Assembly: GCA_013239625.1 (NCBI GenBank)
Contig: MU056905.1
Location: 455,967 to 519,966, forward strand
DNA length: 64,000 nt
Origin: Lama guanicoe
Lineage: Eukaryota
Reading direction: 5' to 3'
Position numbers and translations under genes: made by a program. Within the stretch, counting starts at the first letter, position 1, and every line of letters starts with the position of its first letter. Below, in pieces: positions 1-10,639 of the stretch. The notes beneath the pieces are model-generated. The model ran no database searches, was not told the origin of the DNA, and saw nothing but the letters and a program-made list of their open reading frames with translations.

Positions 1-342
1 GGGGATCATCCAGTAGGAGCATCATAAACAGACACGTCTCCCACCCAGGCCATTTCAGAAGCCACTGGTCTTCCTTATGTCCAGCCCATTGGTGGTTCCC
101 TCTGGATGAGACCCAGACTTCCTCACCCAACAGCAGTGGCCAGAGTAACACGGTCATCTGACCCAAAGTCAGGAACTTGAGTGTAAAGAACCACTGTGAG
201 TTATTTTCTCAAAAGGAAACTGCAAGTGTGGCACTGGACACCCCTTCTGTCCATCTGTCCCCTCCACCTGAGCCCCTAAGCACACAGGAGGAGGCTGGGT
301 CTTAAAGAGACAGATGGTGGAGGGTGGTCTGGAGTCTTGGGG

Positions 343-518
343 TGGGATTGCCAAACCTGGCAATAAACAGAACATTCAGTTAAATGTGAATTTCAGATAG
401 GCAATAAGCAACTTTTTAGTGTCTGTCCCATACACTGAAACATGTACTAAAAAAATTATTCACTGCTTATCGAAATTCACACTTAACTGAGTAACTTGCA
501 TTTTATCTGGCAGCCCTA
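343..518. mobile_element. MER53-like hAT MITE (palindromic)
   Basis: Termini tgggattgcca...tggcagcccta; internal cagttaaatgtgaatttcagata / tatcgaaattcacacttaactg inverted arms; near-TSD cttggggt/cctggggt. Confidence 0.8.
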
Positions 519-961
519 CCTGGGGTAGAAGGGACACAGTCTGTTTTGCTCCCTATTGAAGCTCAGTCCCCATAGCGTGCCTGGTGTATAGCAGACACCC
601 ACACATTATGGTTATTTAATTGTTGAAGAAGGCCTCTCAGAGGTTCCCTCCCCGCTAAGGGTAAACACATCCCCCAGGGACCAGCTTTGAATGGACAAAT
701 TGACTCATTCGATTTACCAGACTGGAGCCCTTAGCAAGTGCTAGGATCTGTGCTAAATAAATTAAGATACAGAGATAAACTATGGCTCTTGTCCACAAAA
801 TGGTAATTGACCAGTACGAACAATCGACCTAAATAGAGAGTTATAATTGAATGTGATAAACACTAGACAACGTAGGCCATCAGGCCAGGGCCGGGCGATT
901 TTCCTCACCATCGTATCTCCAAAACTTGCAACACGGCAGGCCCTCCAGAAATAGTAGTGGG

Positions 962-1131
962 CAGGGGAGAAGGGAGGAGGGCTCAGTGGCAGAGCTCATG
1001 CTTAGCATGCACGAGGTGCTGGATTCAATCCCCGGTGCCTCCTCTAAAATAAATGAATAAATATACCTAACTACCTCCCCCTACCAAAAAAAAACAAACA
1101 AAATTATATTTTTTTAAAAAGAGAGAAAGAA
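962..1131 (+). mobile_element. Camelid tRNA-derived SINE (Vic-1-like)
   Basis: gctcagtggcagagctcatgcttagcatgcacgaggtgctggattcaatcccc (A/B boxes), A-rich tail, 15-bp TSD AGAAATAGTAGTGGG at 947-961 and 1132-1146. Confidence 0.88.
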
Positions 1132-1149
1132 AGAAATAGTAGTGGGATG

Positions 1150-1620
1150 GGGATGGAATCATGAAAAGATGAAGATATGAAGGTGTTATGGGACTGCAGA
1201 GATGAGGTGATCAACCAAAGGAGGTGTCACGGTGAGAAGGTGGGTTTCACCCCAGGGAGGAGGTGACATCTGACGTGGGTGACGAGGTAGGAACACAGCA
1301 GGCAGACGGAGAGGAGAGAGCGTCCCTGACAGGAACAGCGTGAACAGGTTAAGACCTCAGAGAGCAGGGAAGAATTCAAAAGGGCAAGAGATAAAGTCAG
1401 AAAGGTGAAGGGCCTCAAACACGTGGCCAAGGGGTTTGGACTTTATCCTGTGGATCGTGGATGGTCATTAGAGGCTTTGAGTGTGAAAGCGGCCTGGACT
1501 TCCAGGATTCCTCCAGCATTAGCACGGAGAATGGATTGCACAGTGGGGACAGACTGGAGGCCAGAAGAACAGTGAGAAACACTGAGAAACAGCCCAGCCT
1601 GGAAGTGAGGGAGGCCTAAA
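1150..1620 (-). mobile_element. L2 LINE remnant
   Basis: Degenerate L2-like text (ggtttggactttatcct...gtcattagaggctttgag). Confidence 0.55.
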
Positions 1621-2758
1621 CTTGCAGATTATTAGGGGTAAATAGGAAATATGCCTGCAGGGCTGTAACCACATCCTCCAGGATGCCCTGAATGCCCTCC
1701 TCTGTCCCTGCCCGGTTCCTGAGCGCCCTGGCCTGTGAGAGGGGACATTGCCCATCAGCGGGGGAAATCCGGGGAGGAGGGGGAGGTAGGAGGCAGCCCA
1801 AGATAAACTTCCTTCCCTTCACAGGCTCACCTAAGGAGAGAGCAGCGCTTAGCAACTGGAAGATGACAGACAGCCCCAGGGCTCTTCCCTCCTGCCCCGG
1901 CTCAGTGGGCACAGCCCAGAGAGGGGGCGGTCTGCAGGGGGGACCTTACCCTCCGTGGGACCCCCACATGCGCTGGGCGCCATGCTCCCTGCTGAGTCAG
2001 GAGGTTCAGTCACCGGGACAGCAGCCCTCGCCTTCCTGGAGATGATCCAAACACAGGTTCCAGAGGGGCCATCAAAACCTCCAGCCACAGCAGAGCGCAG
2101 GAGGCCAACTGGCCCAGTCCTAGGCCGGGGCCGGGCCTCAGGTCCTGGGCTCAGCCCCTGCGGCCTTTCCGGGGGCCTCTTGTCCCGCTGCTCCATCTCA
2201 CCCACATGCAGGACCTAGGATTGGGAGTTAGCCTAACCTGGGTCCAAATCCACCCAGATGTGTGATCTTTTATGCAAGACACCTCACCTCCGTGAACATG
2301 TTTCTTTGCTTGATAAATAACACACACCTCACAACCCTCATGAATTAAATAAAGAGCCCATATGAACAAACTCAGGACAATGCCTGGCAGGGGGCTGGAA
2401 TCCCTTTAACTGCCTGACCCTTCCACTCCTGAACACGTGGGGAGCTTTATCTGTAGCCTAGAGGACAGCCTAGCCCTTCTTTATTCATTCATTCGCTCTG
2501 CTAAGATATTCCGGCCCCTACGACATGCGAGCTCTTTTCCCAGGCGCTGGATAAACAATGCAAGTAAAGCAGGTGTAACCCAGGCACCGTGGAAGTCTCA
2601 TTCTCCCGGGGAAGATAGCTATTAATTAAATCATCACACAAATAAAAGTAAAATTCTACTAGTAGTAAGTGCCAAGTCACTGCGGAGCCTGGGGCAGGCG
2701 CCCCAGGCACATCCGAGCCCGGGGGAATACTAACGGCCTTGCTTTCCTATTAATTGGT

Positions 2759-2889
2759 TTCCCAGAAGCTCCAGTTCCCAAAATCAAATGTATCCAGAAT
2801 AGGGAACTTGGGAGGGGAAACCTGGAATGTCCCCAGGTCCAACCCTGAACCAGGTTCCCAGAGCCCATCCGTACCCCGAAATAAATAAA
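2759..2889 (+). promoter_or_regulatory. GLYCAM1 proximal promoter: STAT5/GAS motifs and TATA-like box
   Basis: TTCCCAGAA 2759-2767 (perfect TTCN3GAA), TTCCCAAAA 2775-2783, TATCCAGAA 2791-2799; ATAAATAAA 2881-2889, about 80 nt upstream of the ATG. Confidence 0.75.
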
Positions 2890-2961
2890 GCCCCTGCCAA
2901 GTGTCCTCCTCGCAACACCAAGCAGCCTCCCCGGGCAGACAGATCCTGCCCCAGCCCCACC

Positions 2962-3025
2962 ATGAAATTCTTCGCCGTCCTGCTGCTGGCCAGCTTGACC
3001 TCCGCCTCTCTCGTCAGCCTTAATG
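2962..3025 (+). CDS. GLYCAM1: GLYCAM1 coding exon 1 (signal peptide)
   Basis: Kozak ccaccATGa; MKFFAVLLLASLTSASLVSLN; donor G|GTGAGT. Confidence 0.96.
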
Positions 3026-5116
3026 GTGAGTCTGGCTTCCGTCAAACTCCCCCTCGGTTCCCTGAGCTGTCAGCCAGAGAGACCTCAGCATTCTGAAGGC
3101 CTTTTTTTAATCCTTGTAATGTGCTGTGAGGAGAGGTAGGGAGAAGCAGCACCAAACAGCCACACCTGAGATGATAGGGAGGGGGGACAGGGGACAAGGG
3201 ACAAGGGCACATCACTCCAGGAATCCTGGGCCTTAGAAAGCCTGGGGCTGGGGCCAGAGGAGCCGAACTGGACCCAAATCAGGGAAGGCTATGGGTCAAC
3301 AGTGATTCAGATTAGATTCCAGCTTCAGAGGGTGCTGAACACCCCAGGCAGAGTCACTACCCCTCTGTGGACCTCCCTGCCTCCCTCTGTACTGTGAGGG
3401 GAAGACATGCACACACATGCCTTCAATCGCGTTCTACTGAGCACCTGCTCTGTGCCAGACTCATAGTTCTAGGTGCCTGGGAACACTTTCAAAACAGAGA
3501 CCTCAGTCATCACTGAGATTACATTCTAGAAGGAAGAAACAAACAATAAGCATGTGAAATAGATGAGAGTGTGTTAGAAGCACTGAGGAAAACAGAGCAA
3601 GATAAGGAGGGTGGCGAGTGCTGGGGCAGGAGTGGAGGATCTCACGTGTTAAATGTCTTAAGATTGCTGGAGACTTTAACCCCTTATTTTTCAGAGCCAA
3701 AAGATGAAATCTACATGGAGTCTCAGCCCACAGATACCTGTAAGTCTCATGTCAGCATCCTTTAGAGCAAGGTGGTGGTGGTGAAACATTGTCCAGGGAG
3801 TAAGTGATGAATTCTCCATCTGAGGAAGAAGTAAAGCAAAGCCAGTCCCTCCCAGTGTGGGACTTGAATCCTTCCTGCCTCACTAACTGGCCAAGTTCTG
3901 GGGGCCAGAAACAATATGAACAGCACTTCATGCTGGATAGTCACTGGAGATGGGAGTGGGGGACTACATTGTGTACCCAAATGCTAGCGGGTAAGGAGTT
4001 TCAGCTCACCCCAAGGTGAGGATGCCGCAGGGGGTCCTCTGCCCCGAGCTCCCCACCCACACATCCCCAAAGCCATGAACATTGCAGGATTCCACTTCGT
4101 GGATTATTTGTAACTGCGGTTTATTCTCAGGCTAGCTTCCCCCAATTTACCTGGCAGAAGCCAGAGAAGGCAGACTCAAGCCATACCCAAAATTCAGAGG
4201 AAAAGGACCAATACTTATTGAGCCCCCTCCAACGCACCAGACCATGGGACAGGTGTTTGCATAGTCAACCTCTTTTAGTTAGAAAGGCAAATTTGCTAGA
4301 AGTGCAATTTCTATTCAAAGGCATCCAGAATCAAGGTGTGCCCTTTAGGTGCTCATGGATTTGGATGCTGGCATGGGACGTCAGTCCTGGTCTACCCTAA
4401 CTGGGTAATGACGCGACCCTGATAGCCTCCATGTGTGACGGGAGATGACCTCGCACTGGCTGGCTACTCCTCAAGCATGCGCTCTCTCTCTGCCCTTGCC
4501 TCCTGCATCTCCTCAGTCCCAGCTGCCCAGGTCATCATGAGCAACCATCAGGTCTCCAGTGAGGACCTTTCTATGGAGCCTTCCATCTCCAGAGAAGATC
4601 TGGTTTCCAAAGACGATGTTGTGATCAAATCTGCCAGGAGACACCAGAATCAGAATCCCAAGCTGCTTCACCCCGTGCCACAGGAGAGCAGTTTCAGAAA
4701 TACTGCCACTCAGTCAGAAGAGACCGAAGAAGTCACTCCCGGGGCTGGTAGGAGCCAGGGGAGAGCGGAAGAGGCTGGGAAAACATTAAGCAGCCAAAGG
4801 CCGAGGGGATAGGGGAAGAGTTGAGGTTAGAAAGAGAAAGGAAGCTGCAGGGGGAATTAAAGGCAGGTCAAAGCACACACTAGTTGCCTTTGCCAGCACT
4901 GTGGAAAATTGTTGCTGGAGCGGGGGAGGGGGAGAGTCGGGGGCCAGCTTTGCTCTGACATTTCTCTCCCAATATTCCCCAGCAACAACCTTAGAGGGAA
5001 AACTGGTGGAGCTCACTCATAAAATCATAAAGAATCTGGAAAACACCATGAGAGAAACCATGGACTTTCTGAAAAGCCTGTTCCCTCATGCCTCTGAAGT
5101 CGTGAAGCCCCAATGA
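2962..5116 (+). CDS. GLYCAM1: Glycosylation-dependent cell adhesion molecule 1 / lactophorin (proteose peptone component 3), 155-aa precursor; join(2962..3025,3695..3739,4523..4747,4983..5116)
   Basis: Exons 64+45+225+134=468 nt with GT-AG junctions translate to MKFFAVLLLASLTSASLVSLNEPKDEIYMESQPTDTSAQVIMSNHQVSSEDLSMEPSISREDLVSKDD...GKLVELTHKIIKNLENTMRETMDFLKSLFPHASEVVKPQ*. Signal peptide, S-x-E cluster and C-terminal amphipathic helix are recognised as camelid lactophorin. Synteny with PPP1R1A/PDE1B agrees. Confidence 0.97.
3695..3739 (+). CDS. GLYCAM1: GLYCAM1 exon 2 (45 nt, phase 1-1)
   Basis: tttttcag|AGCCAAAA...GATACCT|gtaagt; EPKDEIYMESQPTDT. Confidence 0.95.
4523..4747 (+). CDS. GLYCAM1: GLYCAM1 exon 3
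   Basis: cccag|CTGCCCAG...GGGGCTG|gtagga; SAQVIMSNHQVSSEDLSMEPSISREDL...EEVTPGA. Confidence 0.94.
4983..5116 (+). CDS. GLYCAM1: GLYCAM1 exon 4 (C-terminal amphipathic helix, stop)
   Basis: ccccag|CAACAACC; ATTLEGKLVELTHKIIKNLENTMRETMDFLKSLFPHASEVVKPQ-TGA. Confidence 0.95.
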
Positions 5117-5213
5117 CGGGGATGCTCACATCCCAGGCTGGACAGCAGCAGGTGCCTGCAGCACCCTCACCGCTCACCTGACCACCGCCGTCTCTCAGCC
5201 CCTCACGTTCCTT

Positions 5214-5219
5214 ATTAAA
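5214..5219 (+). terminator. GLYCAM1 polyadenylation signal ATTAAA
   Basis: ATTAAA about 100 nt after the stop, followed by GT-rich tgtgttggctttgttgtg. Confidence 0.8.
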
Positions 5220-6039
5220 GCATCGCATCCCAAGCCTGGCTCTGTGTTGGCTTTGTTGTGCCAGAAAGGAAGGCTGGAGGTCCCCACTCTGTCCTTAGTT
5301 ACCCCTTTGATTTTAAAACCCTCCTCCTCCTCAGCTTACAAACGTTCAATTCTCCACGCTCCAGAATATCCTTTGTGAAATCTCGGCCGTCCTCCAGCTG
5401 CCCCTCCACCTCCTGGCCTGCCTGTGCCCGCAGCCCCCAGCGCCCGAACCCACCAGGTGCTCACCTGCCTGCAGTCTGCCTTTTCCCCCCACCAGCCCGC
5501 AGCAACTGCTCTCCCAAAGCTCACTGACAACAGCCAACCCCGTGACTCTTTCGCAGTCCTGACTCCCTTCTCTCTCTGTAGACCTGCACACAATTGCCCC
5601 TTCCAGAAACATTCTCCTCACGGGCCTTCCAGGATGCTGCACTCTCCTGGTTCTCCAAGCTCCCTGTTCCAGTCCCTGAACATTTTCTGACTTGCATGCT
5701 GTGCTCCCAGGGCCCCATCCTCTGTCCTCTGGCCTTGCCCCACCCTTCTTCCTCTACATCCTCATCTGCCAAGACTTCCACTTCACTTCAGGGTAGCTGG
5801 CTCCACGTAACCACTAAACAAGCTTCACCAAGTGCTCACCATGTGCCACACTCGCCTACCTAACGTGTGCCAACTCCCCCCAACCCCTGCCAGTTTTCAC
5901 CAAAAAGGCATAGGGGCCTCCATGGGGGGAGAAGAGCATGGAAAAAGAAAATTCTTTTTTTTTTTCCTTTACAAATGGCGGGAAGACTGTTCACTCACGG
6001 GCAGGTAGGATGGGAGGAAGGGAGCTGTGAGATGCTAGA

Positions 6040-6785
6040 AAATGTACATCTTGGTCTCTGTCCCTAGTTCCTGGCACGGAGCTCCTGATTTCCTAAGTGA
6101 TAAGAGCATTAGCCGTAACTGAATTTTGGAAGCTTGGAATTTCCAGCCCTGCCCACCACTTCCCCAAAGAAGGGAGAGGGCTAGAAGAGGGTGAATAATA
6201 GCTCACGCTTACCTGAGGAAGCCTCCATAAACTCCCAATAGAACGGGGTTCAGAGAGCTTCCAGATGGGGAACACGTCCACATACCAGGAGGAAGGTGCA
6301 CCCTGACTCCATGGGGACAGACGTCCCTGACATCAGGACCCTCCCAGGCCTCGCTCTACGTATCTCTCCATCAGGCTGTTCATCTTTTTCCTTTATCTTG
6401 TCCTTGAAAAAACTGGTAAATATGTTTCCCTGAGTTCTGTGAGCTGCTCTAGCAAATTAATTGAACTCTACTAGGGGCTCATGGGAACTTCTAATTTATA
6501 GCCCATTGGTCAAAAGCACAGGTGAAAACCTGAACTTGAGATCAGCATCTGAGGTAGAATAAGAACAGTCTTATGGGCCTGAGCCCTTAACCTGGGGGAC
6601 CTGACACCATCTCCAGGTAGATAGTCACAGAATTGAGTTAAATTGTAGGACACTCAGCTGGTGTCACAGAATTGCCTGGTAGGGGCGAAAAAAACCACAC
6701 ACATTTGGTAACCAAAAGTGTCAGAAATGAAGTGTTCTACGTGAGACTAAAGACTCACAAGTGGAAAACTGAAGTTTTCCAACTC
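6040..6785 (+). mobile_element. MER21-like LTR
   Basis: ttcctggcacggagctcctga..., ccctgactccatgggg, gagttctgtgagctgctctagcaaattaattgaac, ctgagcccttaacctg, gtgtcagaa near the end. Confidence 0.7.
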
Positions 6786-6799
6786 AGGAGCCATCTCTG

Positions 6800-8600
6800 G
6801 TCTCTATCATTCTACCCCCTTAATGAGGATGCAAGGTGAAAAAGAAAGATGTTGTGGAGTTCCACTGCGCTCCGCGGAGATTCTCTGGTGCTGCTGCTGC
6901 TTGCAGGAAGAGCCCGCCTCATCCGTGCCCTTCGTGTCCTCTTCAGCGGGCAGGACGGGGGCAGGAAGTTGGCTTGCTTAGCCAGGGGCAGAATGCAGCT
7001 GAAACAGGTGGTGGCCAGGCATCTCCATGACAGTCTTAGTGACACCTGGGGACACTGAGCTCACCAATCAGGTTGCCAATGCCAGCATCACACCACGGCG
7101 GAAACTCGGTGGTATCCAAGAGAGAAGAGCGAAAACCTGACTTCACCTCGCAGGATGCTCTCAGTCAGTGCCAGCTCTTTCCTAACACGTGAGCTTAAAC
7201 CTCAACGGGGAGAAACCTCCCATGGAGAGCTTGATTTGGGGCATGAAGTTTACTGTTGGTGGGGGGTGGCGTGCCTACTGTCTCTTCTCCCAAATAGGGA
7301 CATTTAAAACATTTCTGTCATCTTGTAATATGTAGAAACGTAAAATAATGCTCTGAATAGTCCCAATTTAACTCATATGTGATTAGATCTATTTCTTTCC
7401 TGCCTGAATTCTCCTTAGTGTGTGTTTCATCTTCTCAGTAACTACATGGAGGGTCGGTCCTAACTCCACAAATTCCTGGGCGTGTCCCCTCAGGGTGTGG
7501 ACAACACTCTCCTCGAAAATAATCATGTCCCTTTACAATTTACCTAACAAAACTCCCAGGGAACCCCCTGGTCCTTCCCCCCCCCCACCCCCAGGCAACT
7601 GTCTACAGTTGGCTGGGTCCTCACTCCCTCTAGCGGCCTCACTCCACTTTGCATCGTTGTTAAATCTGCCCCCCTCATCCACCCTGATCTAGAAATGGTT
7701 ACATACTTTGTTCTTTTCCAGTTCCGTCCTTAAAAGCATTTAGGTATTCCGTCCTTTTTCTTTTCATATATCTCAAGCACGCCCTCTAAAAACTCAAACT
7801 TTCTCCCGAGAAAATCTTACTTTTTCCCCCAGCTCAATCAATAGAACTTTTTTCTTTTTCTCTTTCTTATTCTTGCTGACTTTTCTCACCCCAAGACCAA
7901 AACTTGTATCCCACGTGGACCCCCCCTGCCTCCTTGATCCCCCGAATAACTCTGACTTCCAGAAACAGAATGTTCCAGGCACAAGATGTGTTCATTTCTC
8001 TCTTACTGTTCACGTTTGTAATCATTCCATTGAGATTTGCTCCGCTCTCATCCACGTTGGCATTTCCTCTATATAAAGGGTCCTGGTCCTTTTGATCAGT
8101 GTTAGGTCCACCACATCCCTGTCTTAATCCCACAGTGGGTGTCTGACAAATGCACCCCAGATCAGGGCTTACTTAATAAATGTACAGCCCCAAGCCAATT
8201 TGAGACTGTGTAGTGAAAAATACTTCTAGGATCCTGCGGACAGGCCATAAATAAATCCTTCCGTGGTTCCCCCTGTAGCCCTAAATGAAGTTCGTAACCA
8301 CGTAGACAGTTAGGACCTGGGACAGCCAACCGAGCATCAGTTACTAAAGATTAGCACAAATAACCTGAAACCACAATTTAACAGTCTTGTGCTCTGTACC
8401 CACGAAGAACCGGAGTAAGTTCATTCCAGCTTCAACTGCACCTTCAGAGACTTTTCCTGTCAAATCCACTGTACTGTGTGCCCCAAAGCCAGTCCTTGGT
8501 TTTACCGTCAAGGCTCCAGGGAGGCCCACCCATGCCATCCCTCTACTACGCTGAGTGCGACCAGTGGAGAAAGTGCCCAGGGAACAGAGAGCAAAACACC
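6800..8600. mobile_element. Possible highly decayed ERV internal (pol/env-like) remnant
   Basis: Follows an LTR; only weak, frameshifted resemblance to integrase/env motifs on +; no intact ORF. Confidence 0.25.
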
Positions 8601-8948
8601 CGTTTTATGAATGGCCAGGCCAGTGCCAGACAACCCTCTGACCTCTCTGCAAGCTGAGCTGCAGAACGAGACTGAGTCACGGTCCCAAAGGGGCCTCCTC
8701 TCCTTCCTTCCTCCCCAAGCTACCAGAGAGGGAAACAGCAGACATCCCCCAGGGGAGAGGAGGGGAGGGGAAGCCCTGTCCAAGTGTGTTTTGGCATCAA
8801 GAGAGGGCAGCAGAGGGAGAGGCAATGCCATTCAGGGAAATGCCTGTTAATGCATTAACTTCACTCCCTGCTGAAACACAGTCCAGCCTCGCCAGCTGCC
8901 AAGGCATCCCAGCCTGCAGTCGCCCAGAAGAGGAAATCCTTTCATCTT

Positions 8949-9433
8949 GTGTTAGTTTTCTAATTACAATGTCTAATTCTAAATTACCACAAATGTACTG
9001 GCTTAAAACAACACAAAGTTATTGTCTTGCAGTTCTGGAGTTCAGGAGTCCAAGAGGGGCCTCACTTAAGCTAAAATCAACGGGAAGGCTCTAGGGGAGA
9101 ATCCACTTTTGTGCCTTTTTTCAGCTTCTAGTGGTCACCCACATTTCTTAACTAATGGCTCCATTCTCCCCCTTTCAAACCCAGCAGCATCCACCCAAGT
9201 TCTCACTTTGCTATCAATCTGTTTCTCCTTTCTAAATCTCTCTTTCACATTTAAGGTTTCATTGGACCCCCCCCCCGAAAATCTAGGATAATCTCTCTAT
9301 TTTAAAGCCAGTTAATCAGCAACCATAATTCCATCCAAATCCTAATTTCCCCTTTGCCACATAATCTAACATGTTCACAGGTTCTGGAGGGTTAGAACAC
9401 AGATATCTTTGGGGGTCATTATTCTGCTACCAC
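8949..9433 (-). mobile_element. MLT1-type MaLR LTR
   Basis: tgtgttagttttc...attaccacaaa..ggcttaaaacaacaca..cagttctggag...attctgctaccaca. Confidence 0.8.
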
Positions 9434-10224
9434 ACGTCTCCTGCTCCCACGGACCTGGCCGCTACTCACACCTCCTGGTTCTTGGTACCACAGGAATCAG
9501 TTACCCCCATCCAGAGGCCCCAAACCATCCAGCTAGGTATGCAGGTCTACACCCTGGCCCAACTGTTCTCCAAGGGCCTGTCATCCCTATTCTATTTTCC
9601 TCTGTAATCATCAGGACCAAGTCAAAGCCTCCAGGACCGTGTTATCCAGATGCCCATCTCCATTTGGCTTTGTCTGCCCCTAATCCAGCCCAGTCCTCTG
9701 CCCGGCTGCCCTCTCCCAAACCCTGTTACCATGCCCTCTAGAATTCCTGATCTGTGATCAGCAGACTCTTTGACACTGCCAATGTCTTGCTCTGAGTGTT
9801 CTCTCAGTTGCCTAATCTTAAATGACATTTTAAGATTTCCTAAGAATTACTAAGGATCTCTCAGCCTCTATAAGACTCTCAAGCGGGAGCCGCTTTCTCG
9901 CTTACCGTCAAGTACCCCAGAGCCAGAAGGTGGGAAGAGGGGCCCTCACTGCTTCCCACCGACCGCTCCGCACCTGCTCCATCATCATTCCTGATGTTCA
10001 CCATTCACACGGAGGACCTCTCATACACGCCGGCTTCTCAGTCCTTGACCTTTGTACCTCAGCCTACACTTCACTCCAGGAACCTCCTAAATCTCCCATT
10101 CAATCCCATCCTCTGTCGACCACCTCCTGACCTTCCATCTCCTTACTCTAGAAGTCCAATTATGCCAACTCTTTCACCTTATCCAGGCCTCCAATCTACT
10201 GACTCTGCCATTTTCCCACGTAGC

Positions 10225-10520
10225 CAGTGACTACATTTCCCAGGATGCCTTGCAGCTAGATGTGGCCATGTGACTAGACTGTGGCCAGTTGGAAATGAGC
10301 AAATATGATAAGAGCAAATTATGTCTGGTGTCCTTGACAGAAGAGGAGTGTGTCTTCCCCTTCTGTTTTATCCCCTTCCCACTGACTGGAATGAGATGAA
10401 AAGGTGGGGGCTGCAGCTGCCATATTAGGCCACTAAACAAAAAGCCACATATAAAAAAAAGTTACAAGATAGAAAGAGCCTGAGTCTTGAATGTTGCAGA
10501 GCCACCGTATTACCCCTGTT
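10225..10520. mobile_element. LTR16/LTR33-like ERVL LTR fragment
   Basis: tacatttcccaggatgccttgcagctagatgtggccatgtgactag. Confidence 0.6.
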
Positions 10521-10639
10521 CAACTTCTGTTAAAGCCGTGGTGTTATGACCTTCGTACTGCATTTGAACTAGTATCTTAATACACTTGTCCACTTCATCT
10601 TGGTCTCTCATTGAATAGAACCTCCATACGCAATTATTC

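Noticed and set aside
975-1035. tRNA-like sequences here and at about 20010-20075
   Set aside because: SINE heads with A-rich tails and TSDs, not functional tRNA genes
1-2700. Searched for LACRT/DCD/MUCL1-like exons upstream of GLYCAM1
   Set aside because: No recognisable exon or peptide found; these genes, if present, lie outside the window
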